A DNA stretch of 64,000 nt from Squalus acanthias (taxonomy: Eukaryota): the NCBI GenBank assembly GCA_030390025.1, contig CM059433.1, positions 26,166,001-26,230,000 on the forward strand. Reading direction: 5' to 3'. A program made the translations under genes and the position numbers. The notes beneath the pieces are model-generated. The model was given only the letters and a program-made list of their open reading frames with translations, was not told where the DNA came from and did not search any database. This document shows positions 37,970-52,060 of this stretch, in pieces (the first letter of the stretch is position 1; the number at the start of each line of letters is the position of its first letter).

Positions 37970-38630
37970 GGGCTGTATTTTCTGATCGGAGGCTTCCCGC
38001 GTACGGAGGCCTCCAATCTGGAAAAAATGTACGCACTTACCTGAGGGCTCCCGAGGTGCGTATAGTTCCGATGCTGGGCATCTTCATCTCCAAGTGTGCA
38101 GGGCCCACGTATCCCAGAGGCGCATGTGGTTCGCAAGCATCCCTGGGATCACGTGGGCCATGGGGAGCCAAGCAAAGAAGGGAATCTCCTTTTATACACT
38201 TGACAGATGGACCTGTCAAATATATGAATGGAGATCAATGAAAAAACATAGTAAAACTTTAAATAATTTTTTTTTTAAATCACCTTTTTAAAATTAGTTC
38301 CAATTACAATAAATTAAATATTTTAAACAATTTTTTTTAAAACTTTTTTTTCAACTCTTATCCTGGTAAAAGCAGGCCTTATGCCTGCTTTTACCAGACG
38401 TAAGAATTGTAAGGGTTTTCTGCGGGCGGAGGGTCTCCAGAAAGCGGAACTATCCGCCCGCAGAGGCCCTTCTCCAGGGCAGGCATCCGATCTGTCAAGG
38501 CCATTCTTGACAGATCGGAAATGCCGGTTTTCAGCGCCTGTGCTTGGCATGCCTGAAACCGGCATTTCCGATGTCCCTACGGGTGGGTACACAGCGCGTA
38601 CACACCCATAGGGATCGGAATATCCGGGCC
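37970..38630. mobile_element. Harbinger-type MITE
   Basis: GGGCTGTATTTTCTG..CGGAATATCCGGGCC with TSD TAT; ends 76 nt from the exon's splice donor. Confidence 0.85.
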
Positions 38631-38706
38631 TATATATTTTAGGAAGAAGTCCAAGAGCAGTTTATTTTATAAATATTATACAGGACTAATTTGAAAATCA
38701 ACTTAC

Positions 38707-38832
38707 CGTACGAATACCCAAACCGCTCAGCATGTACACAACATCTTCTGTGGAAACGTTCCCAGATGCACCATTAGCGTAAGGGCACCCACCAAGTCCA
38801 GCGACAGAGCAATCCACTACACTGATCCCCAT
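38707..38832 (-). CDS. HMGCLL1: HMG-CoA lyase family gene, penultimate coding exon ([42 protein letters not shown])
   Basis: Acceptor ctcttttacacAG, donor GTAAGT, 126 nt, phase 0. Contains the active-site GLGGCPYA signature and splices in frame to 26430. Confidence 0.92.
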
Positions 38833-39007
38833 CTGTGTAAAAGAGCAGAATATAACTGTGTGTATTACATTACATTTTTTCTTTAGTTCATTCTCGGGAT
38901 GTGGACATCACTGGCAACGCCGGCATTTATTGCCCATTGGCCCAAGATTGGGCCTCTAGGTCTGCCGCCCATGTCTGTCCTCTGCTGTTGCTCAAATAGG
39001 GGCTACC

Positions 39008-39392
39008 GTGTCAGCTGTGGCTCAGTGGGTAGTACACTTGCCTCTGAGTCTAGAAGGTTGTGGGTTCAAATCCCACTCCAGAAACTTGAACACAAAAATC
39101 TGTTCTCTCAGGTGAATGTAAAAGATCCCATGGCACTATTTTGAAGAAGAGCGGGGGAGTTATCCCTGGTGTCCTGGCCAATATTTATCCCTCAATCAAC
39201 ATCACTAAAAACAGATTATCTGGTCATTATTGCATTGTTGTTTGTGGGAGCTTGCTGTGCGCAAATTGGCTGCCGCGTTTCCCACATTACAACAGTGACG
39301 ACACTTCAAAAAAAAGTACTTCATTGGCTGTAAAGCGCTTTGGGAAGTCCTGAGGTCGTGAAAGGCGCTATATAAATGCAAGTCTTTCTTTC
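39008..39392 (+). mobile_element. SacSINE1-like SINE with internal deletion
   Basis: Homologous to 34235-34702. Confidence 0.82.
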
Positions 39393-41627
39393 TGTTTACA
39401 GGCTACTCGCAGCCACTGCTCCAACAATTTTTATTTAAAACTTTGTAAATACTTATTCCACCTGTCATCCATTTTCCCCATACTCTTAGTCACTTCTATA
39501 CAGGTCTGTCCCTGAAATCTGGGCTCCTTGCCCATCATCACAGCTCCCCAGCCTCCATCCTCACCTACCTCTCTCATTCACATCGGCCTTACTGGCCCTG
39601 TTGGCACTATCCCCAACTTCCACTCCCACAACTTTATTGTCAATTTGCACAACATTCTTCAATCTTAACAATTTTAGCTTCATTTTTTAGAACTTAAGTT
39701 TTCCTACCTGATCTTCTTCTGTTGGGTGCCACAGGTGTGCCTTAAAATGGGCGTCTCAACAGAGGAAAATACAGGCCACAGGGTCTTAGAATATTTAACA
39801 ATATTGAGAAAATAAAATGTTGATGTTCAAACCTCATTGGGGAGAATTCACAAAATGGCAGCAGGAAAATATGAAAACGCTTAAGGGGCCAATTTTCAAA
39901 GTACCCACTGTCGGCAGGGATCTCGCCCCCTGACCATGTATATCCATTGTGGACGGACAATTATTGCAGGCAGTGCACCTGCACATGGCCATCAGATGTA
40001 GTTCTCCATTGATAGTCCATACTTCGAATATCGGCCCCAGTATATTTCATGCTACACAATGTATATTGTAAGTTTTTAGAGTTGAAATGCCAAAGAGCAA
40101 CAATGACAAAATGGGGGTAAGATTCCTCTTTAGTGCTTGGTCATAGAGCATCGCACAGGTGAAGTCCATATGGGAAAATCAGACATGGAGGGTCACATGC
40201 ATGCCCAACTTTCCCTCCATGAGTTTAAAGGTATAGAAAATCGGGTGGGCTGCAATATTTCACACCCAATTTTCCCATATGGACTCCACCCATGTGAAGT
40301 TCTACACCCAAGTATCAGACACTGTCTTGATATCTCAGCTAATCATCAGAACCAGACTCTGGTACCAGTGGTCGACTGTCTTTATTTCAGATATTAACTA
40401 CAAGCAGACAATACATACTGGGATAACCCAGCCCTCTAGTTCTTGCCTCTAGTCCAGGTACATCAAGCTGCTCAACTTCTCTAGCAAACCTCATCCTTAT
40501 ATATCCGCACATAAACTACTTCCTTCTCGTTTCATCATTCTTGTCTAATTTGAGCAAATGTGCAGGTCAGCACATCCCCCCCCAAAGAACCCCGACCACT
40601 CGTGATCTATTTAGAAAAGCCAGACAGATCAGGTAGATACTTCTAACAGAACCGGACAGTTCAGGAGAGACAGGACAGAAGCAAAGGTCGTCAGACAGTT
40701 TGCAAAGGAAGATAGTGTTAGAAGCAGTTGATCCAGTTAGTGGATAATCGCATCACAAGCTGGTACCAAACAGAGACAAGGGGGGGGGAATTTTAACAGA
40801 CAAGAACGGGTGGGTTGCGAGCGGGTGGGTAGTTAAATTCGGCAAAAAAAAAATTGCGACTGCAACCCAGCTCCAACGAGCCGATTTCTGGGTTTCACTG
40901 AGGTGCCTTTGGCTGCATGTGTCGGAGCAATCATTAGCACAGGTGGGTGGGCAATAAAGACATCATTTAAGCTGATAATTGGATTCAAATAAGGGCCTTT
41001 TCACAGGAATTCAACTTTCCTTCGGATTTAATACCTCCAGCACGGGTTACCAGGGCTCGGGAAACTGACCAGTAAAAAGGAGGAGTTTCAGGTGCACTTC
41101 ATGGTGGTCCATCAACTTCAGAGAGCCTGAACTTAGTAAACACTCAGTTCTTACAGCTACTTTGTCAGCTCTCTCTGGCAAATGTTTAGCAGAGAGTTCT
41201 TGTCACCATACAGGTATTGTAGAACTTTGGAGGCTTTCAAATAGACACCAGCCGGATGGGAGGTGCCTTGGAGAGTTTCAGAATAAGGGTTCGCCCATTT
41301 AAAATGAGATGAGGAGGAATTTCTTCTCTCAGAGCGTCGTAAATCTGTGGAATTCTCTGCCCCAGAGAGCTGTGGAGGCTGGGTCATTGAATATATTTAA
41401 GGTGGAGATAGACAGATATTTGAACAATAAGGGTGTGAAGGGTTATGGGGAGTGGGCAGGGAAATGGAGCTGAGCCCAAGATCAGATCAGCCATGATCTC
41501 ATTAAATGGCGGAGCAGGCTCGAGGGGCCAAAGGGCCTACTCCTGCTCCTATTTCTTCTGTTCTTATCAGAAGGGAAAGACCATCACCATGCACGGCAGC
41601 GATGACGTACTGTGTTGGGATCAACAG

Positions 41628-41985
41628 GTGCACAGGAGGGAGGTGAACAGGAGGGAGGTGAACAGGAGGGAGGTGAACAGGAGGGAGGGGCACAGGAGGG
41701 AGGGGCACAGGAGAGAGGGGCACAGGAGAGAGGGGCACAGGAGGGAGGGGCACAGGAGAGAGGTGCACAGGAGAGGGGGCACAGGAGGGAGGGGCACAGG
41801 AGAGAGGTGCACAGGAGAGAGGTGCACAGGAGAGAGGTGCACAGGAGAGAGGTGCACAGGAGAGAGGGGCACAGGAGGGAGGGGCACAGGAGGGCGGGGA
41901 ACAGGAGGGAGGGGAACAGGAGGGAGGTGCACAGGAGGGAGGGGCACAGGAGAGAGGGGCACAGGAGAGGGGTGCACAGGAGTGG
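41628..41985. repeat. 15-bp purine-rich tandem repeat
   Basis: Unit ggggcacaggagaga / ggtgcacaggaggga, about 23 copies. Confidence 0.95.
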
Positions 41986-42209
41986 GGCCAAGGTCACTTC
42001 AAACTTGGCTCATGACACCTGTGAGGAACCTCACCATTGAGGCACAGCAGCACTACAACGAGAGCCACATGACCACCAGGTGTGCCGTAGAGCAAGCCAT
42101 TGGAATCTCCTCTGATGCCCAGCTGGGTGGGACTGCCCTTGCCTTATCCTTTCTTATCTATCCAGCTGGAGCCAGAGAATCACCTGCATTGTATTCTTTT
42201 CCCACTCCC

Positions 42210-43228
42210 GCACTGTTACCTCTGCAGTCCCCCAAGGATCTATCCTTGACTCCCTCCTATTTCTCATCTACATGCTGCCTCTCAGAGACATCATCCGAAG
42301 ACATGTTGTCGGGTTCCACATGCAGGCTGACTCAGCTCTATCTCACCAAAATCTCTCTCGGCCCCTCCACTGTCTCTGATTTGTCACACTGTTTGTCCGA
42401 TACCCAGTACTGGATGAGCAGAAATTTCCTCCAACTAAATATTGGGAAGACCGAATCCATTGTTTTCAGTCCCTGCCATAAACTCCGTTCCCTAGCCACC
42501 GACTCCATCCCTCTCCCTGGCATCGGTCTGAGGCTGAACCAGACATATTTGACACCAAGATGAGCTTCTGACCACATATCCATGTCATCACTAAGACCAC
42601 CTATTTCCACCTCTGTAACATCGCCCGACTCCGCCCCTGCCTCAGCTCATCTGCTGCTGAAACCCTCATCCATGTCTTTGTTACCTCTAGACTTGACTAT
42701 TCCAACGCACTCCTGGCCGGCCTCCCACTTTCTACCCTACGTAAACTGGAGCTCATCCAAAACTCTGTTTCCCATGTCCTAACTCGCACCAAGTCCCATT
42801 CACCCATCACCCCTGTGCTCACTGACCTACATTGGCTCCAGGTCCGGCAATGACTCATTTTTAAAACTCCTATCCTTGTTTTCAGTTCCCTTGCCCCTCA
42901 CTATCTCTGTAACCTCCTCCAGCCCTACAAGCCTTCGATATCTCTGTATTCTTCCAATTCTGGCCTCTTGCGCATCCCCGAATTGAATCACTCCACCATT
43001 GGCGGCCGTGCCTTCAGCTGCCTAGGCCCTAAGCTCTGGAATTCCCTCCCTAAACCTTTCCGCCTCTCTACCTCTCTCTCCTCCTTTAAGACACTCCTTA
43101 AAACCTACCTCTTCTGTCCTGACATTTCCTTATGTGGCTCGGTTTCAAATTTTGCTCCTGTGAAACGCCTTAGGATGTTTTACTACATTAAAGGCGCTAT
43201 ATAAATGCAAGATGTTGTTGTTGTTGTT
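42210..43228 (+). mobile_element. L2-type LINE 3' fragment
   Basis: WMSRNFLQLNIGKTE, GGRAFSCLGPKLWNSLP, (ttg)n tail. Confidence 0.82.
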
Positions 43229-43554
43229 GAAGATGTGCTTCAGTTGCTTAGATAGGTCTGGAGGTGCCCTACAGTACTCACCAAGGAGGGTGTCCAGAAT
43301 AATAGTGGTGTGCTGCATGCTGCACAACATTACGCAGCAGAGATTTTGCAGATGGAGGAGGATGAAGGTGCTCAACACTCATCTTGGACCGTTGCCGAAG
43401 CCCTTCAGTGATCTCCCCTCAGCCTTGATGACTGATGGCGAAATGCTTGGAAGAACCTCGACATATGGAATGAATTCCTTACAGAGGACCCCACAGTACA
43501 ATCTGAAGGATCAAACCTTCCTCACAAACAGTGGACAACCATCAACCGCCTCAG

Positions 43555-43890
43555 AATCATAAAAATCATAGAAATTTACAGCACAGAAGGGTGCCATTCG
43601 GCCCATCTTGTCCTGCTCCGGCCGACAAAGAGCTATCCACCCTAATCCCACTTTCCAGCACTTGGTCCGTAGCCTTGTAGGTTACGGCACTTCAAGTGCA
43701 TATCCAAGTACTTTTTCAATGTGATGAGGGTTTCTGCCTCTACCACCCTGTCAGGCAGTGAGTCCCAGACCTCCACCACCCTCTGGGGGAAAAAAATTCT
43801 CCTCAAATCCCCTCTAAACCTCCAACCAATTACTTTAAATCTATGCCCCCTGGTTATTGACCTCACTGCGAAGGGAAATAGGTCCTTCCT
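43555..43890 (-). mobile_element. CR1 3' end fragment
   Basis: MYKIMRG..TRGHRFK..QRVVEVW; (atcataga)-type tail. Confidence 0.85.
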
Positions 43891-44514
43891 ATCCACTCTA
43901 TCTTGGCCCCTCATAATTTTATACACCTCAATTAGGTCTCCCCCCAGTCTATCTAATCTTCCCTCATGGTAGATGCTGCCACCTTCTCCATAGATGGAAG
44001 ATTAAAGCATCCCCATCATGTGACTGTGGAACTCCTGATCAGACCCTGGAGCACATCATTGAGCACTGCCCTCAGAGGAAATTCGCAGGCAGCCTACAAG
44101 ATATCCACGCTGTTACACCGGAAGCTTTGGCCTGGATATCTGACTTAGATATTGACATTTGATTTGCTTTGCTACTACCATACGAAAGATGAAGAAGATT
44201 CATCTTCGGATGAGGAGAACATTGAGGAGGAGGAATATAAAGATGGGGCACCCATCGCCAGACCAACCGCATACATTACTGTCCGGAATGCCAGGAATTC
44301 CCTAATAGCCCAAAAGTTCAGCTGTGGTGACTCGCACAGGAAACATCACAAATTAAATCATCTGCTCTGCTCCCACGACCAACACCAACCACCACCTCCC
44401 CCTCCTCCCTTTGCACTAAACAGTCCTTCAACCACGCATCCACCCATTACAAAACTGCCCAACGGGTCCTGTCATCTATTGAAATTCATCATGAAACAAC
44501 TGAAAGGGCAAGTT

Positions 44515-46790
44515 CATAGAATCATAAAATGGTTACAGCACAGAAGGAGGCCATTCGGCCTGTCGAGCCCGTGCCGGCTCTCTGCAAGAGCACTCCCCCG
44601 CCCTTTCCCCGTAGCCCTGCAAATCTTTTCCCCTCAGGTACTTATCCAATTCCCTTTTGAAAGCCACGATTGAGTCTGCCTCCACCATCCTTTCAGGCAG
44701 TGCATTCCAGATCCTATCCACGCTTTTTAATTCAAATAAAAATTCATTTTATGGGATGTGGGCGTCACTGGCAAGGCCAGTATTTATTGCCCATCCCAAT
44801 TGCCCTTGAGAAGGTGGTGGTGACCCGCCATCTTGAACCGCTGCAGTCCATGTGGTGAAGGTACTCCCACAGTGCTGGTAGGGAGGGAGTTCCAGGATTT
44901 TGACCCAGCGATGATGAAGGATCGGCGATATATTTCCAAGTCAGGATGGTGTGTTACTTGGAGGGGAACTTGGAGGTGGTGGTGTTCCCATGAGCCTGCT
45001 GCCCTTGTCCTTCTAGGTGGAAGAGGTCACGGGCTTGGGAGGTGCTGCCGAAGAAGCTGCTTATAAAAGTTTTTCCTCATGTCGCCTTTGATTCTTCTGC
45101 CAATCAACTTGAATCTGTGTCCTCTGGTTCTCGACCCTTCCGCCAATGGGAACAGTTTCTCTCTATCTACTCTGTCTAGACCCCTCATGATCTTGAATAC
45201 CTCTATCAAATCTCCTCTCAACTTTCTCTGCTCTAAGGAGAACAACCCCAGCTTCTCCAGTCTATCCACGTAACTGAAGTCCCTCATCCCTGGAATCATT
45301 CTTGTAAATCTTTTCTGCACCCTCTCTAAGGCCTTCACATTCTTCCTAATGTGTGGTGCCCAGAATTGGACACAATACTCCAGTTGAGGTCGAACCAGTG
45401 TTTTATAAAGGTTCATCATAACTTCCTTGCTTTTGTACTCTATGCCTCTATTTATGAAGCTTTTTTAACCGCTTTCTCAACCTGCCCTGCTACCTTCAAA
45501 GATTTGTGCACATATACCCTCAGGTCTCTCTGTTCATGCACCCCCATAGGATTGTACCCTTTAGTTTATTTTGCCCCTCCTCGTTCTTCCTACCAAAATG
45601 TATCACTTCGCAGTTTTCTGCGTTAAATTTCATCTGCCATGTGTCCGCCCATTTCACCAGCCTGTCTATGTCTTCTTCAAGTCTATCACTATCCTCCTCA
45701 CTGTTCACTATACCTCCAAGTTTAGTGTCATCTGCAAATTTTGAAATTGTGCCCTTACTCCCAAGTCCAAGTAATTAATATATATCAAGAAAAGCAGTGG
45801 TCCTAGTACTGACCCCTGGGGAACACCACTGTATACCTTCCTCGAGTCCGAAAAACAACCGTTGACCACTACTCTCTGTTTCCTGTCACGTAGCCAATTT
45901 CATATCCATGCTGCCACTGTCCCTTTTATTCAATAGGCTTCAACTTTGCTGGTAAGCCTATTATGTGGCACTATATCAAATGCCTTTTGGAAGTCCATGT
46001 ACACCACATAACCACATTGCCCTCATCAACCCTCTCTGTTAACTCATCAAAAAACTCGATCAAGTTAGTTAAACACAATTTGCCTTTAACAAATCCGTGC
46101 TGGCTTTCCTTGATTAATCCACACTTGTCCAAGTTACTGTTAATTTTGTCCCTGATTATCGTTTCCAAAAGCTTCCCCACTACTGAGGTTAAACTGACTG
46201 ACCTGTAGTTGCTGGGTTTATCCTTACGCCCTTTTTTGAACATTTGAAATTCTCCAGTCCTCTTGCACCACCCCTGTATCTAAGGAGGATTGGAAGATTA
46301 TGGCGAGTACCTCCGCGATTTCCTCAGCATCCTAGGATGCATCCCATCTGGTCCTGGTGACTTATCTACTTTAAGTACAGCCAGCCTTTCTAGCGCCTCC
46401 TATTTATCAATTCTTATCTCTTCCATTAACTCCGCTATCTCCTCTTTCACTATGACTTTGGCAGCATCTTCTTCCTTGGTGAAGACAGATGCAAAGTACT
46501 CATTAAGTACCTCAGCCTCCATGCATAGGTCTCCTTTTTGGTCCCTAATCGGCCCCACTGCTCCTCTTACTACCCGTTTGCTATTTTGTATGCCTACAGA
46601 AGACTTTTGAATTCCCTTTTATGTTAGCTGCCAATCTATTCTCATACTCTCTCTTTGCCCCTTATTTTCTTTTTCACTTCCCCTCTGAACTTTCTGTATT
46701 CAGCCTGATTCTCACTTGTATTCTGAACCTGGCATCTGTTATACACGCCCTTGTTCTGCTTCATCTTACTCTCTATCTCTTTTGTCGTCC
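44515..46790 (-). mobile_element. CR1 LINE RT region, with a second CR1-family fragment nested at ~44730-45062
   Basis: NYRSVSLTSVVGKLLE, WADTWQMKFN, RPQLEYCVQFW. Confidence 0.88.
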
Positions 46791-46917
46791 ACTCGGAATG
46801 CAATAATGGACAAGACGTGGAAGTGCTGCTAAGCAATAAATTTTATAGGAAAAGGAAACTTAACAACATAATGTTTTGTCAAACACCCATGTGCATACCC
46901 TAGGTGAATTACAGATT

Positions 46918-48500
46918 CTAGAACTTACATTTCCTACCGCTTCTACATGGTGCATCCCATGTGGCTTCAGCAGAGGTAGAGGCAGGCTGCTCAGATCCCT
47001 GACTACTGAGGTGCTCTTGGCCTACGCCCTCTGGGTTTCGGTGCCCCTGAGGGCCCCGCCAAAGACTGCTCCACCTGCACCTGTGCAGAGGCAGACTCGG
47101 CCATCGGGAGATGAGGCAGCATGTCAGGTACTGACTGAGGGGAGGCAAAGAGTGAGAAGTGGGAGCACTCTGAGTTGAGTTCCCACTTCCATGTCCCCTT
47201 TCACCATCATCCCTCTCCTGGGCTAGCGCCACATCCCTTCTACCACTCTGCTGCAGACCAGCTTGGTGAAGATCAGTGACACGTTGTAAGGGCACGGATA
47301 AGGTATCTGTCATTCTGTTTAAGGCGGCAGTAATGTTGGCATCCAAAGTCTGCACGGTCGTACATTATACCTTTTGCATTATACTTCTCAATGATAGCCC
47401 CCCGGGGCTCAGCATCTGTGTTCAGCTGAGCAGAGCTTGGAGAGGATTGCTCACCCTGACACAGACTCTCCACAGCTGTCCCTACCACCAGAGTCTGCTC
47501 GTGTTCACTTGTGAGTTGTGAATCACCAGGTGAAAACTCAACTGTCTAACTGGACCCACCGAAGTGCGAGTATCTGCGCTGATGCAAGGCTGTATGTCCT
47601 GTGATGGTGCACCCTCAGGAGGAATGAGGTCCTCTGAGCAATCATCCTCATGGATATCCTGCAACTCTTGCTGTATGCGTGAAGGCCCTGGAAGACAATA
47701 GAAAGGGGTATGAATTAGTCGTGGCAAAGCCACGATCTTGACAATCACCATACTCAGTCTTCTCATCGTTCAGTCATTGATGAAATGAAGTCAGCATGTG
47801 TGTCAGAGATATTTGCAATTCTGTTATCAGCTATCTGTGGGCTCCCTGTCTCTCCATTTCCAAAGGAGAGGGACGCAGATGTGTCACTTATCTCCAGGGC
47901 ATCCTCCTTTGCATCTGTGAGCTGGACTATTTGTGGCAGGCCGCCTCCAGTCCACTCCTACTTCATTGTGTTTTCCACTCTCTTCTCCTGCAAGGGGCGA
48001 AGAAACAGAGCTGTGAGTGAGTGAAGGTCTGGTGGATGCAGTGCATTCAGTGAGGGTGACTATGAGACACATGCATTACATTGCACAAGGACTGGGGTGA
48101 GTGTCAACGGTGGATGGATAAATGGGGAAGTGCATAGAAAGTGAAGCCTGGGTGCTGCAGAAAGTTGTGTAGGTGTGAGTAGTGATGTGATGGAGTACGC
48201 TTGGCAAGACAGAGTGAAGTGGGGGGGGGGGGGGTGGTTATATCACAGGATGTAGGTGAATCAGCAAATGTACTTACTTTCCTGACCTGGTTAGGTCATT
48301 AAATCGCTTCCTGCACTTCATCCAAGACCGGGGCACAATGACCCTGATGTTCACCTCCTCAGCGACCTCCAACCATGCCTTCTTGGTGAGAGCTGCAGGT
48401 TTCTTCCTCCCATTGCTGGGGAAAAGTATGTCCATCCTGCTCCTGACCGCACCTAGCAGTAATACCAGGGATGGATCATTAAATCTGGGTGCCGCCCATG
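46918..48500 (-). pseudogene. Decayed Harbinger Myb/SANT-like gene (3 exons)
   Basis: PRFNDPSL..AWLEVAEEV..RSWMKCRKRFNDLTRSGK followed by a GTAAGT donor at 48277. The C-terminal QPASTSAEAT..RSGRK resembles the end of the 62007-62963 ORF. Convergent with the transposase remnant at 41990-44330. Confidence 0.75.
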
Positions 48501-48759
48501 CTCTCTGTGCATCCACCCTAAACACCTCCTGGCTCCTCCAAATTCCATTTCTACATTGCCCCTTTAAATAGAGTTAAGATCGCATCATGCAGGTGTACAA
48601 CACGCCTACTGTGCAACTTGGAGACGTGAAACCCAGAATTCAAAATGTATTGCCTCGATCAAAGTGAAATCGTAGAATCCGACATGTTGACTTGATTTCC
48701 GGGTTTAGCCCGTGCAATTCCACCCCTCCACTCGGGAGCCGTTTTCACATTAATATAAG

Positions 48760-49162
48760 ACTTCAGAGACTTGAGCTCAAAAATCTAGGCTGACACTCCA
48801 GTGCAGTATTGAGGGAGTGCTGCACTGTTGGAGGTTCCGTCTTTCAGATGAGATGTTAAACCGAGGCCCCTTTTGCTCTCTCAGGTGGATATAAAAGATC
48901 CCATGACATTATTTTGAAGAAGAGCAGGGGAGTTATCCCCAGTGTCCGGGCCAATATTTATCCCTCAACCAACATCACTAAAACAGATTATCTGCTCATT
49001 ATCACATTGCTGTTTGTGGGAGCTTGCTGTGCACAAATTGGCTGCTGCGTTTCCTACATTACAACAATGTCTACACTTCAAAATAGTACTTCATTGGCTG
49101 TGAAGCACTTTGGGACGTCTGGTGGTCATGAAAGGCGCTATATAAATGCAAGTCTTTCTTTC
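48760..49162 (+). mobile_element. SacSINE1-like SINE, 5' truncated
   Basis: Homologous to 34310-34702. Confidence 0.8.
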
Positions 49163-49631
49163 TCAGCAGTTTTCACTATATCCTTAACCCTCGCTAACTA
49201 ATCTTTTCCATAACCCTCCACACGGCAGCCATTTTCAAAACACTTATCCTAAAACCTGGTCTACCTGAAAACAAGTGCTGAAAAGAAAAATGTATCCCCA
49301 ATGATCTCTTTTCAGCATGCACTAAATTTCCTTGGTCCTCCTTACTAGAGAATTCTACCATGCACCATGTCTCGAGGTGTTTCTCCTTTCTCCATACTAC
49401 TCAGCATGTATTTAAACACTGGCAACGCACCAGTTTCCAAGTATAGCTAGTCATTTTCAAGAAGGTTTCTCTTTGTTTTTCAAGACCTAATACATTTGAA
49501 GCTTGAATTATTATTGACCCTTCCTCCATTTGGAAGGCTTACTGGTGCTGGAACTGATTTATTTCCTCAGCAATTTTTTGTGGCACTCTGTAGACTCCAT
49601 TTGCAAATCACTTCCTATTCATAGCTACTTA

Positions 49632-50045
49632 AAATCATAGAATCATACAGCACAGAAGTAGGGCATTCAGCTCATTGTGCCTGTGCCAGTTATTTGAAAG
49701 AGCTATCCAATTAGTCCCACTCCCCCTGCTCTTTTTCTGTAGCCCTGCAAATTTTTCCTTTTCCAGTATATATCCACTTCCCTTTTGAAAGTTACTATTG
49801 AATCCACTTCCACCACCCTTTCAGGCAATGGATTCCAGATCATAACAACTTGCTGAGTAAAAAAAGTTCTCCTCATCTTACCCGTGCCTCTTTTGCCAAT
49901 CTGTGTCCTCTGGTTACCGACCCTCCTGCCAGTGGAAATAGTTTCTCCCTATCTATTCTATCAAAACCCCTCATAATTTTGAACACCTCTATTAAATCTG
50001 CCCTTAACCTTCTCGGTTCTAAGGATAACAATCCTAGCTTCTTGT
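49632..50045 (-). mobile_element. CR1 3' end fragment
   Basis: Homologous to 52370-52800. Confidence 0.8.
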
Positions 50046-50829
50046 AATACAATTAAATGTAATTTAAATCTTGCAAGTAATTGGTAAACAACATAGGCTT
50101 CAATGAAATGTGCAATGGATCAAATTTTGCAAACAAAAAATGCAAATATAAAATGTATCAATGCCCAAATATGCTCTTTGCATCACATATGAGGCACCAC
50201 AAATGCAAATTTAGCCCAATGCTGAAAGTGCCTTCTTCATAAAACTGGTCAATTAATAATTAAGCTATTTTCACCAGTATAGAAAATACAACCTGGAGAG
50301 TGAACCAAAGCTGGAATTGCTCATCTGTCTTGTAAGTCGTGACCTGTTACAAGTTTTGAAGGAATTGGGGACTCAATTACATTTTCAATTGGTGCATGTG
50401 CGATGCTGAAAGAAACAGCAGATGGCAGTGTTAATTAACTGCAAAGTTCATGTGAACCAGGTCAGTGTGAGGAATGCGCTTTTGTGATTCCAAAGCAATT
50501 TTTTAACATCTTATTTTCATTAAACTATGTTCCTACCTATGCAAGTTTTTTAATACAAGAATTGCACTGAAGGATCATGATAGATACAATTTTCTCAGCC
50601 CTTCATAACAGAATAGTTGTACCAAAATGTTAAATGTACCAGATTCAACCACCCAAAGAAGTATTAATTCTTAGGAGATTTATAAGGCAGGATTGTCCTC
50701 CTGTCACCACCTGATTTTTAGATGGCAACTGGGCAGCCAGAATTTGGAAGTCAGACAAAGTCCTGCACATGGTTTATGTCCCAATGCATTTTCCAGTGGG
50801 TAGAACCTGATACAAGGACGCCTGAAGCA

Positions 50830-52060
50830 GAATGTGACGTGGTGTTCCCCAGGGATCTGTTCTGGGGCCTCAGCTTTTCACCATATATAGCAATGACTTG
50901 GATGAAGGAATAGAGAGTTGTACATCCACGTCTGCAGATGACATTAAGTTAGGAGGCACAGTAAGTTGTGTAGATGGGAGCAGCAAGTTGCCAAGGGTCA
51001 CAGACAGATTAAGCAAGTGGGCAGATGGAGTTCAATGGAGGGAAAATGTCAGGTGAGTCCACTTTGGATCCAAGAAAGACAAATTAGAATATTTTCTAAA
51101 TGTCGAGAGACGAGAAGCTGTGGCGGACCAAAGGGATCTTTGTGTCCAGGTACACAAATCACTAAAAGCGAGTGGACAGGTACAAAATGTAATCAAAAAG
51201 GTTAATGGAATGTTGGCCTTTATCTTAAGGGGTTGGAATACAAAGGGGAGGAAGTGATGCTTCAGTTTTACAGACCCGTGATCAGACCCCATCTGGGCCA
51301 TTACGTTCAGTTCTGGGCACCGCACCTCAGAATGGCTATATTGGCCTGAGAGGGATTACAGCGCAGATTTACCGAAATTATACCGCAGTTTAAAGGGTGA
51401 AATTATGAGTCATGATGTGGAGATGCCGGCGTTGGACTGGGGTGGACAAAAATGAGAAGTCGCACAACACCAGGTTATAGTCCAACAGATTTATTTAATT
51501 TTACAAGCTTATTATGAGAACAGGTTACAAGGTTGTAGTTCCTTGTGTTTAGAAGGTTGAAGGGTGATCTAATTGAGGTGCTCAAAATTATAAAATAATT
51601 TGATAGAGTAGATACAGAGAAGCTATATCCTCTGGGGGAATCTAAAACAAGGGGGCTGACGTAATAAAGACTCACTACGCACTTGAACATAAAGCAAGGC
51701 TTTAATCAACTTGTAACAAAACATGGAGGTCTAGTTAGCAGTCACTAGCTTCCTGTTTCCAGATTGTCTCTGCCCAAGGTGGGCCCATGCCTGAGTATTT
51801 ATACTCCCTGGACGGCGCCCCAGCTGGCCGCCCAGTAGTACTTCCTGAGTTGTTACTTGCGATTTATGACAGGGGCATAATATTAAAATTAGAGCTAGGC
51901 CATTCAGGAGTGAAACTAGGAAGCACTTTTTCACACAATGGGTAGTGAAAATTCTCTCCCCCAATATATCAGCATCTCGAGGCACAGATCAGCCATGATC
52001 TAATTAAATGGCGGAACAGGCGCAAGAGGCTAAATGGCCTACTTCTATTCCTATGTTCCC
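50830..52060 (+). mobile_element. Decayed CR1 RT/3' fragment with nested solo LTR and Penelope-type fragment (~51411-51520)
   Basis: GVPQGSVLG and ADDIKLGG-type motifs with a CR1 3' UTR. Confidence 0.75.
51657..51871 (-). mobile_element. Solo LTR (215 bp)
   Basis: TG..CA ends, perfect 5-bp TSD GGGGC. Shares ctttaatcaact, gggcccatgcc.gagtatttatactc and ggccgcccagta with 10268-10485. Confidence 0.82.

Larger units (their letters stand above)
41990..44330 (+). pseudogene. Decayed Harbinger transposase, interrupted by L2 and CR1 inserts
   Basis: [28 protein letters not shown] (42000-42103) continues as LKMCFSCLDRSGGALQYSPRRVSRIIVVCCMLHNI (43227-43332); acidic tail ..ARNSLIAQKF at ~44190-44320. 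Confidence 0.75.

Noticed and set aside
41445..42563. 372-aa ORF
   Set aside because: It runs through a CR1 3' UTR, a 15-bp repeat, a Harbinger remnant and an L2 fragment; no coherent protein.
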